This document shows positions 1-12,207 of a stretch of 64,000 bases of DNA, piece after piece. The position numbers and the translations under genes are program-made. The DNA comes from Scyliorhinus canicula (lineage: Eukaryota). The stretch lies in assembly GCF_902713615.1 (NCBI RefSeq), contig NC_052151.1, positions 85,301,073 through 85,365,072 on the forward strand, in the 5' to 3' direction. The notes under the pieces were generated by a model. That model was given only the letters and a program-made list of their open reading frames with translations, was not told the origin of the DNA and made no database searches. Each line of letters opens with the position of its first letter. Within the stretch, counting starts at the first letter, position 1.

Positions 1-427
1 CTCAGCCGCCCCGCGTATTGATACTGCGGGGCGGCGGAAGGACAAATAGTGCGCGGGCATCGGGCCCGCTGCCCGCGATCGGTGCCCACCGATCGCGGGC
101 CCATGGCACCCTTGGCACGGCCGTGGTACTGCCGTGCCAATCGGTGCCATGGTTATTTTTTGCGAGTTTGTCACGACGTTTTTACGAACGGCAGGACCAG
201 GTGTGTTTGCCGTTCGTAAAAAGGTCGTAAAGGGCTGGGACTTCGGCCCATCTAACAGCTGAGAATCGCTGCCGGCCGTAAAAAAACGGCGGCAGCGATT
301 CTTGTCGGGATTTCGGCGGGGGGGGGGGGGGGGGGGGGGGGGAATAGCGGGAGGGCGTCAAAAAAGTCGGGAAGGCCCTCCCCCTATTCTCCCACCCGTC
401 GTGGGGGGGGGGGGGAGAATTTCGCCC
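1..427. mobile_element. GC-rich Harbinger-like MITE, left end outside window
   Basis: Ends ggagaatttcgccc, the same TIR type as 1247-1911. Confidence 0.65.
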
Positions 428-1246
428 TATTTGCTTTCCATGTTATATTGAAGGAAGTCAACTCATCCATTGCTTGAAGCCACAAAACAAATTATAGCGG
501 ACAAAGCTGCGGAAACCGGAGTAATGCTAGCTCAATAAATAAATAACCATGATCATATGTTTATGTAATGTATTACTTTGAAATTAGTCTGAAAGATATG
601 TACAGCTTATTGTTCCATCAGGTTTCAGGAATTATTTTGATACAAACTTGCCAGACTAATTGCAATTACTTCAAAAAGTGTATTTTCCAAATAGGAATTT
701 ACAATAAGATTCAAATAGAAATACCAAATAAAACAAATGATAGGAATAACAGTTTTGTTAGATAAAATCTCTGAAGCACAAGTCCAAGCTGGTTCTGTGT
801 CACTCAAATATCAATGACTTCCACTTTTCACTGCAATATTCCAGTGGACTTTTAGAAGCGTGTGCCCAGCTTTCATTAGTCAAATTGTAGACCATGACTA
901 GCTGTGGAAAAATATTGTTATTTCTGTGTTCTACGAATGTTTTCAAAGGACTGGTCCAATAAAAATAATTTCTTGAAATTTCAGTAAGTGTTCGAACACC
1001 ACCACCCAGTTCCACTCTCACGCCCTCTTCTTCCACCCCCACGCCCTCTTCTTCCACCCCCCCCCCCACCCCCCAACCCATCCATGGCTCAAGTCAGGAT
1101 TTCACCTTTGAAGCAGGTTAAGGTTGCACCACACCAAAATTGCACACCAATTGTACAATAGTGGAAAATCTAAGGTATTATCTATAACATATTTATAGAT
1201 TAATAGGTGTCTACCAAAGTTAAAGACAATGTAATATAAAAACATT

Positions 1247-1911
1247 GGGCGTAATTCTCCGCAAGGCCCGACGCCGTCGTGAAACCTGGAGAGGTTCACG
1301 ATGGCGTCGGAAGCCTCTCCCGGCCCCTATTCTCCCCTACCCGGGGGGATAGGCGGGCCTTACCGGGAAACTCGGCGGCCGGGCCTTGTCCCTGGCTTCA
1401 AGGCCCGCACGCCGAGAATGATGCCGTGGCGGAGCCTGACATCAGCCGCGCATGCGCGGGTTGGACAGCTCAAACCCGCGCATGCGCGGTTGCCGTCTTT
1501 CCCCTCAGCCGCCCCGCAAGACGTGGCGGCTTGATCTTGCGGGGGGGCGGAGGGGAACGAGTGCGTCCCCTTGGACACCGATCACGGGCCAGCCCCCAGG
1601 CGAGCACGTTCGTGGTGCTCGATCCCCAATCCACCCCCCCCAGGCCCCACACTTACCTGGCGCGCCATGTTCACGACGACAGCGGCCAGGTGTGGTTGCT
1701 GCCGTCGTGAACAGGTCGGGAACGGCAGGCCGCTCGGCCCATCCGGGTCGGAGAATCGCGGGCGGCTGTGAAAAACGGCGGCCCACGTTTCTCCGAGCGG
1801 CGTGTCGGAAAAGCGGACACGCCATTTGGGGGGGGTGGAGGAATAGCGGGAGGTGCGGGAGCGGACTTTCCGCTATTCTCCCACCCATTGTGGTTGCGGA
1901 GAATCGCGGCC
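1247..1911. mobile_element. GC-rich non-autonomous DNA transposon (PIF/Harbinger-like MITE)
   Basis: TIRs gggcgtaattctccgcaa / ttgcggagaatcgcggcc; 3-bp TSD ATT. Confidence 0.75.
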
Positions 1912-3314
1912 ATTATCTGTTAAGTATGTGGGACAAATGTTAAGTATTTCCATCCATAACAATTTATCCTGCCTTCATTATCTTTGGCCACAATATACAT
2001 TGTGAACTTTGGCTTATGTTTCTGCAAGGTACAGCACTATATGTTGTGCCAATCAATGAATATAGCAATTGTTTCAATGGCCAAGCTTTCCATTTTAGGC
2101 TTTTGAGTCACAGATGGTTCCAGGCTCGTGTCTCAAGAAAATGTTTGGAGGTGGAGCTGATTCCATGTTTCTTTCCAAAGATGACTCAGCCTGGCCGAGG
2201 TTCTGTTGCTGTCAGAGTTCTGTCCAAGCCATATTGCAATGAAATATTATACCCAGGAACTTCTCTCTGTTGGCCCCGATTAGTTTTGACAACAGCTCAA
2301 TTCTCACATCCCGTTTCTTGTGCTTGATTCTTTTGGAGAATGGCTGAAATGTAACTTTTGGGGGGCTAATTAGAGCCGAGTACAGGGATATTGGTTCCTC
2401 TGGATCATCCAGACACCAATGGCTCTTTCCTGAGGCTTTTCCAGAACTCAGGGGATATCAATGGTGATGTCCTCAGAAAACTCAGAGTAAACCCCTGCCC
2501 TTTTTTCAAGTATTGATATTTCATTGGCATAAATGAGGAAGAGAGGGCTGAGTATCAAGCCATGGACAAACCCTGGCAGAAATTGCTGTTCACTACTCTG
2601 GCACCATTCTTGTGCAATGCTAGGAGATTCCACTCACTGAGAATGTCAAGGTGGATTATGGCAATCCAAACCTCAATATTTCAGGTAATGATGTATTTGT
2701 TTATGGTACCAGTTAAAAATTAAGGAATGTATATTGTTTCACAGGTGCTTTCGCAGAGGGCTTAATTCATGATAAAAGTTCAAAATGTGATTCACCTCTG
2801 GCAAGCAATGAAAGGTGAGAAAAGAGAACTCAGATTGAAAGTACAGGTTCAGTATAAAATGCAGCAAACTCTAGTTAGGAGGATAGTGTCATTTTATTTT
2901 AACATTTCCCTTCACCTGCGATCGATAACTGATCAGTTCCTTCTTTGAGCTGCTTTTTAATTGTCTGACAATGAATACAGTATAAACTCCCTGAATGCGA
3001 TTAAGAGATATTTGAGTGGGCTATTACAGCACAGAGCAACCTATGAAAATAAGAAAATTAATATTTGATTTGTCCAGTGTTACCCGTTGAAACTTGATGG
3101 GGAATAATAATCTTGAGACTGCAGATTGTGAATTCAGACTTTCAAATAGGACGATGTATTTTTTAATATATGTTTGTTTACATTTTAATATTGATGGTAC
3201 ATCATGTCGTGTGAATACACTATGACATTATGTGTTTCCCAATCAGGACTCCCACCACAGCATGTTTCCAATCAAATTATAACAGAAAGCAGTGTAGAGA
3301 TAAATAGAAACGGG

Positions 3315-3650
3315 TGACGGTGAAGGAGTGGAATGTCACTGGACTAGTAATCCAGAAACCATTGTCCTGGGAAAACAGGTTCACATTCTTGTGGCTGGTG
3401 GAAATTAAATTCAATTACTTAATTGAAATCTAATCTTAGTAATGGTGCCATGGAAACTATCGGTCATCATAAAGCCGTGTCTGTTCACTAATGCCCATTA
3501 GGGAAAAAAAATCTGACCGACATGTGACTACTGACCCACAGAAATGTGGTTGAATCTTAATTGTCCTCTGAAATAGCCTAGAAAGCCCATGGATTAGAGA
3601 TGGCCAACAACAATGGTTGGTCGTGCCAGCAACACCAACGTCTGAAAAAT
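3315..3650 (+). mobile_element. Old tRNA-derived SINE (copies 46560-46830, minus 35690-35825)
   Basis: tcactggactagtaatccagag head shared among three copies. Confidence 0.65.
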
Positions 3651-4825
3651 AATTTTTAAAACTGTCAATACTGGAAGTCTGAAATAAAACCAGAAATGAA
3701 TGGAAATAGAGCGGATCCAATAATATTGACAGGCCTGCTGGGTATTTTCAACACTACTTTATTTTGGAGTAGGATCAGCATTTAATCAGGCTCTCATTCA
3801 CTACATGATAAGTTCATGATTTAGCTACTTATTTAGAGTGGAAGCCAAGTAATGGCTCAATATTTCCCACAGAAACGAGCAATTTATCATCCAGATAGAG
3901 AGCGGTGTGGCAGGAAATAACAATTTTTCATCCATACAAACAGGACTATGCTCTTTGTTTTAAATAGGTGCTTACTTCCTAGTTGATTCTGGCATAATAA
4001 ATCATGTTTTATTTCTAAAGAGGGTACAAAATTAATATATCAAAACTCTAAAACCACCAGCTGCAAAACAGGTTGCATAACTGGAAAGAAGGTCATGTCT
4101 GCTTAGTCCTTGTATCAAGTCTGGCACACTCGCATAATAAACAGCGATGTACCTCATTTCCTTTTTCATGAGTGGTGTTTAGAAATTAAAACCTGGTTAA
4201 AGTTGTGAATTTTCAAGTTATTAATTGTGGTTTTAATAAATTGAACTTGAGTGTTATCTAGTACAAAAAAATCCCTCTGTCAATGATCTGCTATTAATAA
4301 AAAATTGATTTTGATTACTCCTATTTTTTAAAGGCAGCAATTTTTAAAAAAAATACAGCACCATGCACATTGAATTTCATCCAAGCTGCTGCATTGGTCA
4401 TTTTATAAAGAGTGAAAGATCTACACGGATCCAGAGGGCTAGGGAAAAAGGAGTGAAAGTTTTGTTAATTTTAACTATAAACAATTTATTCTACCTGGAT
4501 GGTGTTCAGTATTACATTTGTATGCATAGAAAAATAGAACTTTAGATAAGTTCCCCCACCAAAAAAATCCATGCTGCCTTTATTGTCTGCAGTGCCCAGA
4601 AACTAGGTCTTTGGTGCCAGGCATCACCATCTCTACAAAGACTAAGAACCAAGATTCAAGAATCTTCCTTAGTGGACATCCACAAAGAAGAACAATCCCA
4701 CAAGTCTCTATTGTAGACTAATATAGTCAAAGTGGTAAGTATATTATTGTGCAGCCAATTATATGTTACAGTCTTGGTAAGCATGCAATGAGTTTAGATA
4801 TCCTTGATAGAATATTTTTGGGTTT

Positions 4826-5040
4826 TTAAAAAAATTTAAAGTACCCAATTCTATTTTTTCCCCCAATTAAGGGGCAATTTAGCATGGCCAATTCGCCTGC
4901 CCTGCACATCTTTGGGTTGTGGGGCGAGGCCCAAGCAGACACAGGGAGAATGTGCAGACTTCCACACGGACGGTGACCTGGGGCCAGGATCGAACCCATG
5001 TCCTCAGCGCCATGAGGCAGCAGTGTGCCACCATACCGCC
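4826..5040 (-). mobile_element. V-SINE, A-tailed subfamily (further copies ~6683-6860, 18180-18355, 61920-62115)
   Basis: ccaattaaggggcaatttagcatggccaat...cacatctttgggttgtgggg shared. Confidence 0.85.
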
Positions 5041-6949
5041 CATAGATTGAATTTTTAAAATATCTAAGATCTAAGTCTTTGTAATGCATTTGATTTACTT
5101 CTCCATTTGCAGTTAATTTTATTATAACCTTCCAGGTGGTTGTTGATGTAAAGTGCTCTGAAAACATCAGGGGCACTCAGGACAAGTTCCTCTACACACC
5201 TCAACATGTCTATCTTCAAAAGCAACAAAGCTTCGTGATCTCTGCAAATGCATTTGAAGAATGCCAGCAAATATCACATTTGTCGTAATTAATTATGATG
5301 GTCTTTAAAAAAAATCAAAAGTACCAGTGATGGCTTTGTTAAAGACGTAGAATATTATAATGCTGAGTTAATTCATTTGCAAGATAGGATCAGACAATGA
5401 AGATCCTTTAACCTATTTGATCTCATTTCAGAATACCAATCATGCTGTTTTCCAATTACACCATCTAGTTACTTTGCTGAATGAATCTTGTGCTGTCTTT
5501 AATTGCATTTCCTGGCAACGTGGTCCATCTATTTAACACCCTATAAAAAGAAACACCTTTTGACATCTGCTCTACATTTTTGTTCTCTTGCTTGGTGTCT
5601 AAAGCATTGTTTCAGAATTTCATTCTCTAATTGATTAGGTGGCCTATATAACTGTACAAGATCATCTTTAAGACGTGTTGTGAAAAGCCGGTTGGTTTAA
5701 GTTGTTCTTCATAGGTCATCTTGCTGACAGTTGAGGGTCTTCTTACTGACACTGGAGACAAGTTCCTGGAGACAAGTTCCTGGATCTTCTCTGGCCTTGG
5801 AAGCCAGTTTCTATTATAGATTATTACAAATTTAACATGGAGCGAATGGGCAAACTGTAAAAAACTTTAAACTACAACTTAAAATTATACAGCACCATGA
5901 ATGTAATCACCTTAAGACACGCCATCTTCACGGTCAGAGAAAGAAAACTTAAAAGTTTGCAACATATTTTGAATATTAGAACACCCAAGATAATCTCAAG
6001 AGTGACTGTTTGAAAAGAAGAACTGCAATTGCACCATGTGGTGAACTATCAAGACTCCAAATTTATATTGGCAACTTGTTCGATCACCTAGCACCAAGCC
6101 ATTGCAAGACTCAAAGTCCAACAGTAAGGAGATCAAGCTTTAAAGCAGGCTGACTGAAGAAAGGAATTCCAAGTATAATTCACACAAACCTGGAAAATGA
6201 CAAATCCAACTTCATTCCATAACAGTGGGATCAAATAAAAATCAGATAAACTAAGAGTCCTGTATCCAGGTCATTAGGTTTGAGCATCATCATCACCAGG
6301 ACTGATTTGGTGGAAACGATGCAGAAAGAGCAGAAAGACGTGACTTCCTATACCAAAATCAAGCAGCCTTCCTTGCCAGGTAGAACAATCCAAGGTTTGC
6401 AGTCAACGTGGCAGCATTCTAACAGCTCAAGGCTGACACCCAAAAGCGAGTTTGGAAGACGTGAGAAGAGAAAGCCCAAGAGGTCCGTCAATATTCTGAC
6501 CATCATGACACGCAAACCTTTTTTGGAAGCCATCTATAAACAAAGTTGGTGTGCTTTTTTCTCAGATCAAGACTCCAAATGCACATCCTATGATTGAGGA
6601 GGAAAAGACCTCCTGGCCTTCTGATGTCAGGATTGTTGTGAGAGATAAATCATACTTTGGCAACAAATCAAAATATTTTGTCTTTTTAAAAATAAATTTA
6701 GAGTGCCCAATTCTTTTTCCAATTAAGGGGCAATTTAGTGTGGCCAATCCACCTACCCTGCAAATCTTTGGGTTGTGGGGGTGAACACACGCAGACACGG
6801 AGAGAATGTACAAACTCCACATGGACAGTGACCCAGAGCCAGGAACGAACCTAGGATCTGGATGTCAAGAAGGTATTTAGTCTTATCTATAGCAGGGAAA
6901 CTCCTGACATTCTCCTGAATTGCCTACTTCCTGTGAGTGACAGAACCTG

Positions 6950-8700
6950 GTATTCCTTGTACAAGGAAACCTGCCCAGCTTCTGTTGCGACACGACGGAC
7001 TTCCTACAGAAACTAAACACCCATGGACCAGTTGAACCAGGAACGTTCCTCGTCACAGTGGACATCTCGGCACTCTACACCAGCATCCCCCAGGAAGACG
7101 TTATTGCTGCAACAGCCTCAGTACTCAACACCGACAAATGGAAATCTCCAGAAGCAATTCTGAAACTCATCCGCTTCATTCTGGATCACAACGTCTTCAC
7201 CTTCGACAACAAGTTCTTCATCCAGACGCACGGAACAGCCATGGGGACCAAATTCGCACCTCAATACGGCAACATCTTCATGCACAAGTTTTAACAAGAC
7301 CTCCTCACCGCACAGGACCTTCAACCGATGTTATACACCAGATACATCGATGACACTTTTTTTTCCTTTGAACCCACGGTGAAGAATCATTGAAACGACT
7401 ACACGATGACATCAATAAATTCCATCCCACCATCAGACTCACCATAGACGACTCTCCAAATCGGTTGCATTCTTGGACACACATCTCCATCAAGGACGGT
7501 CACCTCAGCACTTCGCTTTATCTCAAGCCCACGGATAACCTCACAATGCTCCACTTCTCCAGCTTCCACCCTAAACACATTAAAGAAGCCATCCCCTATG
7601 GACAAGCCCTCCGTATACACAGGATCTGCTCAGATGAGGAGCGTAACAGACATCTACAGGCGCTGAAAGATGCCCTCGTACGAACGGGATATGGCGCTCA
7701 ACTCATCGATCGACAGTTCCGACTTGCCACAGCAAAAAACCGCACCGACCTCCTGAAGACCAACACTGGGCACAAGCGACAGAGTACCATTCGTCGTTGG
7801 AGAAACTACGACATCTTCTTTGCAGCCTTCAACATGCCATCGATGAAGATGAACATCTTGCCAAGGTCATCCCCACACCCCCACTACTTGCCTTCAAACA
7901 ACCGCACAACCTCAAACAAACCATTGTTTGCAGCAAACTACCCTGCCTTCAGGAACAATGACCATGACACCACACAACCCTGCCATGGCAAGACGTGCCA
8001 GATCATCGACATTGGTACCACCATTACTCATGAGAACACCACCCACCAGGTAGGCGGTACATACTCGTGTGACTCGGTCAACGTTGTCTACCTCATACGC
8101 TGCAGGAAAGGATGTCCTGAAGCGTGGTACATTGGAGAGACCATGCAGACGCTGCGATAATGGATGAACGGACATCACGCGACAATCTCCAGGCAGGAAT
8201 GTTACCTTCCAGTCGGGGAACACTTCAGCAAAGGCATTCAACCTCTGATTCGCTGGGTAAGCATTCTCCAAGCGTTCTTCATGACGTGCGACAACGCAAA
8301 ATCAGCGAGCAGAAACTTATAGCCAAGTTCTGCACACGCGTATGGCCTCAACCAGGACCTTGGATGCATGTCCTATTACATTCATCCCCTACCATCTAGC
8401 CTGGGCTTGCAAAATCCTATAACTTGCTGTGGATAATTCACACCTCTTTAACCTGGGGTTACCCTATCTCTGGATATGTAAAGACTTAATTACCTGCAAA
8501 TGCTTGCATTCAACGCATTGTCTGGCATCTTTGACTTTGTCTATATATATATGTTTCTGGAACCTAGCTCTTCATTCACCTGAGGAAGGAGCAGTGCTCC
8601 GAAAGCTAGTGATTTGAAACAAACCTGTTGGACTTTAACTTGGTGTTGTAAGACTTCTTACTGTGCTCACCCCAGTCCAAAGTCGATATCTCCACATCAC
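6950..8700 (+). mobile_element. 5'-truncated, frameshifted Penelope-like retroelement (RT + GIY-YIG + terminal repeat)
   Basis: RT motifs DISALYTSIP, GTAMGTKFAP, RYIDD; GIY-YIG VVYLIRC...WYIGET; stops and frameshifts. Confidence 0.9.
8576..8612 (+). ncRNA. Minimal type I hammerhead ribozyme motif in Penelope terminus
   Basis: TCAC-CTGAGGA-A-GGAGC(AGT)GCTCC-GAAA-GCTA-GTGA: catalytic core, stem II, stem I, palindromic AGCT stem III. Confidence 0.7.
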
Positions 8701-9099
8701 CATTAATAAACCCACACCTCAAGAAATCATCTTTATACTGCTTTGTTCCCGATTTCAGCTTCTTCTTAATTCACCACAGGCCCTGGAGCTCACACCAGCA
8801 CTGCTAACAGCTACAAAATGGACCAATCTCTCTTTCGCCCAGAGCATGAGGCATTAGTGTATGGGGCATGCAACTTGCTCTCTGCCGCATTTCTTGAGAA
8901 GACTCCATCAATTTATTTTTTTTTATATAAAAGAATCTTTTCCCGGGTTAGCACTGACATCAGGAGGTGGTGGTCTGCCTCCCTGGGCTCCAGCCCTGTG
9001 CACTGCCGAGGGGACACGCATGCATGAGAAAGCTGGCATTCTGAAAGCCGGTCGCAGCCACCATTATTAAAAGCTGATTGCGGCCATTAGGCACCTCAA

Positions 9100-9390
9100 T
9101 AATAATAATCTTTATTGTCACAAGTAGGCTTACATTAACACTGCAAAGAAGTTACCGTGAAAAGCCCCTAGTCACCACTTTCCGACACCTGTTCAGGTAC
9201 ATGGAGGGAGAATTTAGAATGTCCAAATTACCTAACAGCACGTCTTTCGGGATGTGGGAGGAAACCGGAGCACCCGGAGGAGACCCACGCAGACATGGAG
9301 AGAACATGAAGACTCTGTACAGCGACCTAAGCCAAGAATCGAACCTGGGACCCTGGTGCTGTGAAGCAACAATGCTAACCACTGTGCTAC
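9100..9390 (-). mobile_element. V-SINE with (TTA)n-type tail (copies 26221-26525, 52410-52620, 53407-53722, 55728-55925)
   Basis: V-domain plus tail ggcgactaggggcttttcacagtaacttcattgc. Confidence 0.85.
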
Positions 9391-10169
9391 CATGGGGCTC
9401 ACCCGTGACCAGGAACACTGCAACCCTCCCCACACCACCCGTGACCCCGAGTTTGAAAATGACTGATCTAGACAGATCTGGTAATGGATGGCTAACCTAC
9501 TTGGGTGTCAGAATCATGCAAGCGTTTGAACTAATCGGGGCCATACACTGGAACAAATCGGAATGCAAGTAAAGAATTTATTGGGACAAGAGCATCAAAA
9601 GTTGAAGAATGGTCGAGCAGGTAAACAGCTGAATCAGTATTGTGGCTAAACAGCATTTAGAAATGTCAATTTCAAAAGAACCTGAAGAGAGGAGTGGGGT
9701 TGGAAGGAGGGATCAAAGGTGAGGAAGTGATTGAAAATGACAATCTGCCATCAAGATCAAAAACATGCAAGCTTGAGGAGTGCCCAAAAATATGGGCCGA
9801 GTGGGGTTATAGGGAGGGACAGGTGTAGAGAGATAGGAATAGTGAAAAATCAGACCAGAGTGGGCAAGGTTAATTGCGATAGAGATAGCATTCACTCAGT
9901 GACAATTTAAAAAATAACTGCAAATACTGATGTAAAGCTTTACTAGGGAAGGAAATCCTGGTTTTGAATCAATCCACAGGTGGAAATATCTTTCCACAGG
10001 TCTTTAAGAAACAGGCTGATTGTACAAATATATAATAGTTTAATAGATCGCTTTTGCCATTAGCTAATGGCTACCACATGGTTTTGATTTCTGATAGAAA
10101 TTTCAGATATTTCAAAATCTTACACCTTGACCATCCATAGGCCGGTACCCCATTAGTTCCCTGCAATCA

Positions 10170-10670
10170 TTTCATAGGCGTTTAAAGCACAGGAGACAGC
10201 CATTTGACCCATCATATCCATGCACTAATCCCATTTTCGAGCACTTGGCCCATTGCCCTAGAGGTTATGGCGATGCAAGTGAATATCAAAGTACTTCTTA
10301 AATGTTACAAGTTTCTGATTCAACCACTCTTTCAGGCAGTGAGTTCCATACCCCCACCACCCTCTGGGTGAAAAAAGTTTCTCAATTTCCCTCTTAGCCC
10401 CCTGGTTATTGGCCCATCTACTAATGGAAAAGTGCTTTCCTATTCACCCTATCTATGTCCCTCAATTTTATGCACCTCAAACTTCTCAACCTTTGCTGAT
10501 CCAAGGAAAACAGCCCCAGCCTATCCAATCTTTCCTTTCAGATTAGATCCTTCAGCCCAGGCAGCCTCCAATAAATCTCCTCTGCAAACACATCCGTCCT
10601 ATAATGGGATGACCAGAACTGTATGCAGTACTCCAGTTGTGGCTTAACCAGCATCTATACAGTTCCAGCA
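10170..10670 (-). mobile_element. CR1 LINE 3' fragment
   Basis: Reverse complement of CR1 3' region (ttttcacccagagggtggtgg). Confidence 0.7.
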
Positions 10671-11465
10671 GGAAATTGGGTCAAACAACGATTTGAACAA
10701 GGTAACCTTTTAAGACACAAAATCATCTAGCTCATGAATGCTTACCCTGTGCTAAACATGAATTAAATGTGCCAAATGAACTTTCAATGTTCAGCTATAG
10801 ATATATGAAATGAAAGCCGCCATAGTCGCCAGAGGACTATATGCTGGTCTCACCTTTGAGAGAGACCACACCTCAGGTGAGGGTCAAGACTGAGAATGGT
10901 AACCTCAGCTAGTACAGGAATTGAGCCCACACTGTTGCCGTCACTCTGCATCACAAACAAGCGTCCAGCTAATAGTTAACCGACCTCCCCACGAATCACC
11001 AAATCAAGGCTCACTGAATAATTGAAAATGAATTCAAACAATCTTACTGATGCTCAAAATCCAGAACGTTTTCCCCAGACTCGAGTTGGGCTTCCTAATA
11101 ATTTACTCAACTAGTCCATGAAAAATGGTTGTTTTTAAAATCAGCATTTGGGAATGCAAATTATGGAGGAAAGCCAAAAAAAACCCACACCCAATCAAAA
11201 CCAGAAAATGATTCATACATGGCCAAATGTATTGTTTATTCTTCTCACCATCGTTCTGGATAAGGTTCAACAGCTCAAAAACAAAATTTACAGTATGTCT
11301 TAGCATGTGGTTACACCAGAATGTACATCAGAACACCTCTTACTGTCTGTCTAGGCCTTCTTTCCAAGATCCAAGTCACATATCTAGTTTGGAGGGGATG
11401 GGGATGAGAAGAAACACAGCAAGTGTATTACATAAAACCTGAAATCCTAGCTCAATAACACACGT

Positions 11466-11540
11466 TTAGGGGTAGCACCCACATAAAATCAGAGTCATAA
11501 CCACAATCTTAAGAAAAGGAATTAGCAAATGACAATTTTG
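11466..11540 (-). other. Diverged duplicate of CCDC25 terminal exon plus acceptor region
   Basis: atcagagtcataaccacaatc is identical at 11488-11508 and 12187-12207; flanking ggaattag(a)caaatga is also shared. Confidence 0.85.
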
Positions 11541-11874
11541 TATGTGGATCAGCATCTCTAATTCAAACATGGGTCAACATTTCACCTACGGGACTCATCC
11601 ATACTTTAGCTTCAAGTATTCTTATTTCATTATTTTCTAATTATATACACTAGGGTGCATTAATACTGTAGTTTTACACAAATGCCACGTGGTTTCAATA
11701 CAAAGTGTAACAGTATAATTCAGAGTTGCTAATTTGACTTTTAAACACAAAGTAAGAGATGAGAGACTTCACACGCAAGTAATCTCACACTGCTTAAACA
11801 TTGCCTGTTGCAATATAAATTAAACCAACTCTTGCGAACAATATACAAGTAATCTACATATTTTTGGATGAGAT

Positions 11875-11880
11875 TTTATT
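11875..11880 (-). terminator. Candidate CCDC25 polyadenylation signal AATAAA
   Basis: tttatt on + strand about 295 nt after the stop; a second one at 11235-11240. Confidence 0.5.
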
Positions 11881-12174
11881 TTAATAGACTCCCTTAATGT
11901 TTTAAGTATTTTAAAAATTCCAGCGATAATGGTCATTCTTTCAAACAAGCACTCGTGAAGCTAAAGTCAAAATTGCATTTTCAAGTTCAAAAAAAGCAAA
12001 TGGGAGAAAAGTTTACAAATGTCATTTTCCGCTTGGTTGATCGCAGGGGAAGGCAGAAATCTTGTAACTCAAAAAGGTACTGATACAGCCCTCAAATATA
12101 TTCAAAAGCAGAAGTAATTTTGGCAGGCTTGCACCCCCATTTCAAAATGTCAATGGCTTAATATCCAGTGGACT

Positions 12175-12207
12175 TTACATGAAATCATCAGAGTCATAAC
12201 CACAATC
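12175..12207 (-). CDS. CCDC25: CCDC25 terminal coding exon 9 ([10 protein letters not shown])
   Basis: CTAAT branch point, long pyrimidine tract, TTTAG acceptor; resembles human C-terminus DGNDSDEFM; TAA at 12177-12175. Confidence 0.93.
   Translation of the reverse strand, partial: DCGYDSDDFM

Noticed and set aside
800-1081. 93-aa minus-strand ORF
   Set aside because: Starts in low-complexity C-rich repeats; no recognisable homology or splice context.
1102-1943. Cluster of overlapping GC-rich ORFs (also at 37.4-38.1, 41.8-42.4 and 58.4-60.6 kb)
   Set aside because: All lie in GC-rich MITEs; stop-codon scarcity explains them.
2745-2814. 70-nt segment with good acceptor (tttcacag) and donor (AAG|GTGAGA), open in one frame
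   Set aside because: No recognisable protein and no partner exons; treated as a chance pseudo-exon.
5690-6620. Possible RTE-like LINE remnant (ORF 6280-6597)
   Set aside because: Too degenerate to identify any diagnostic motif by eye.
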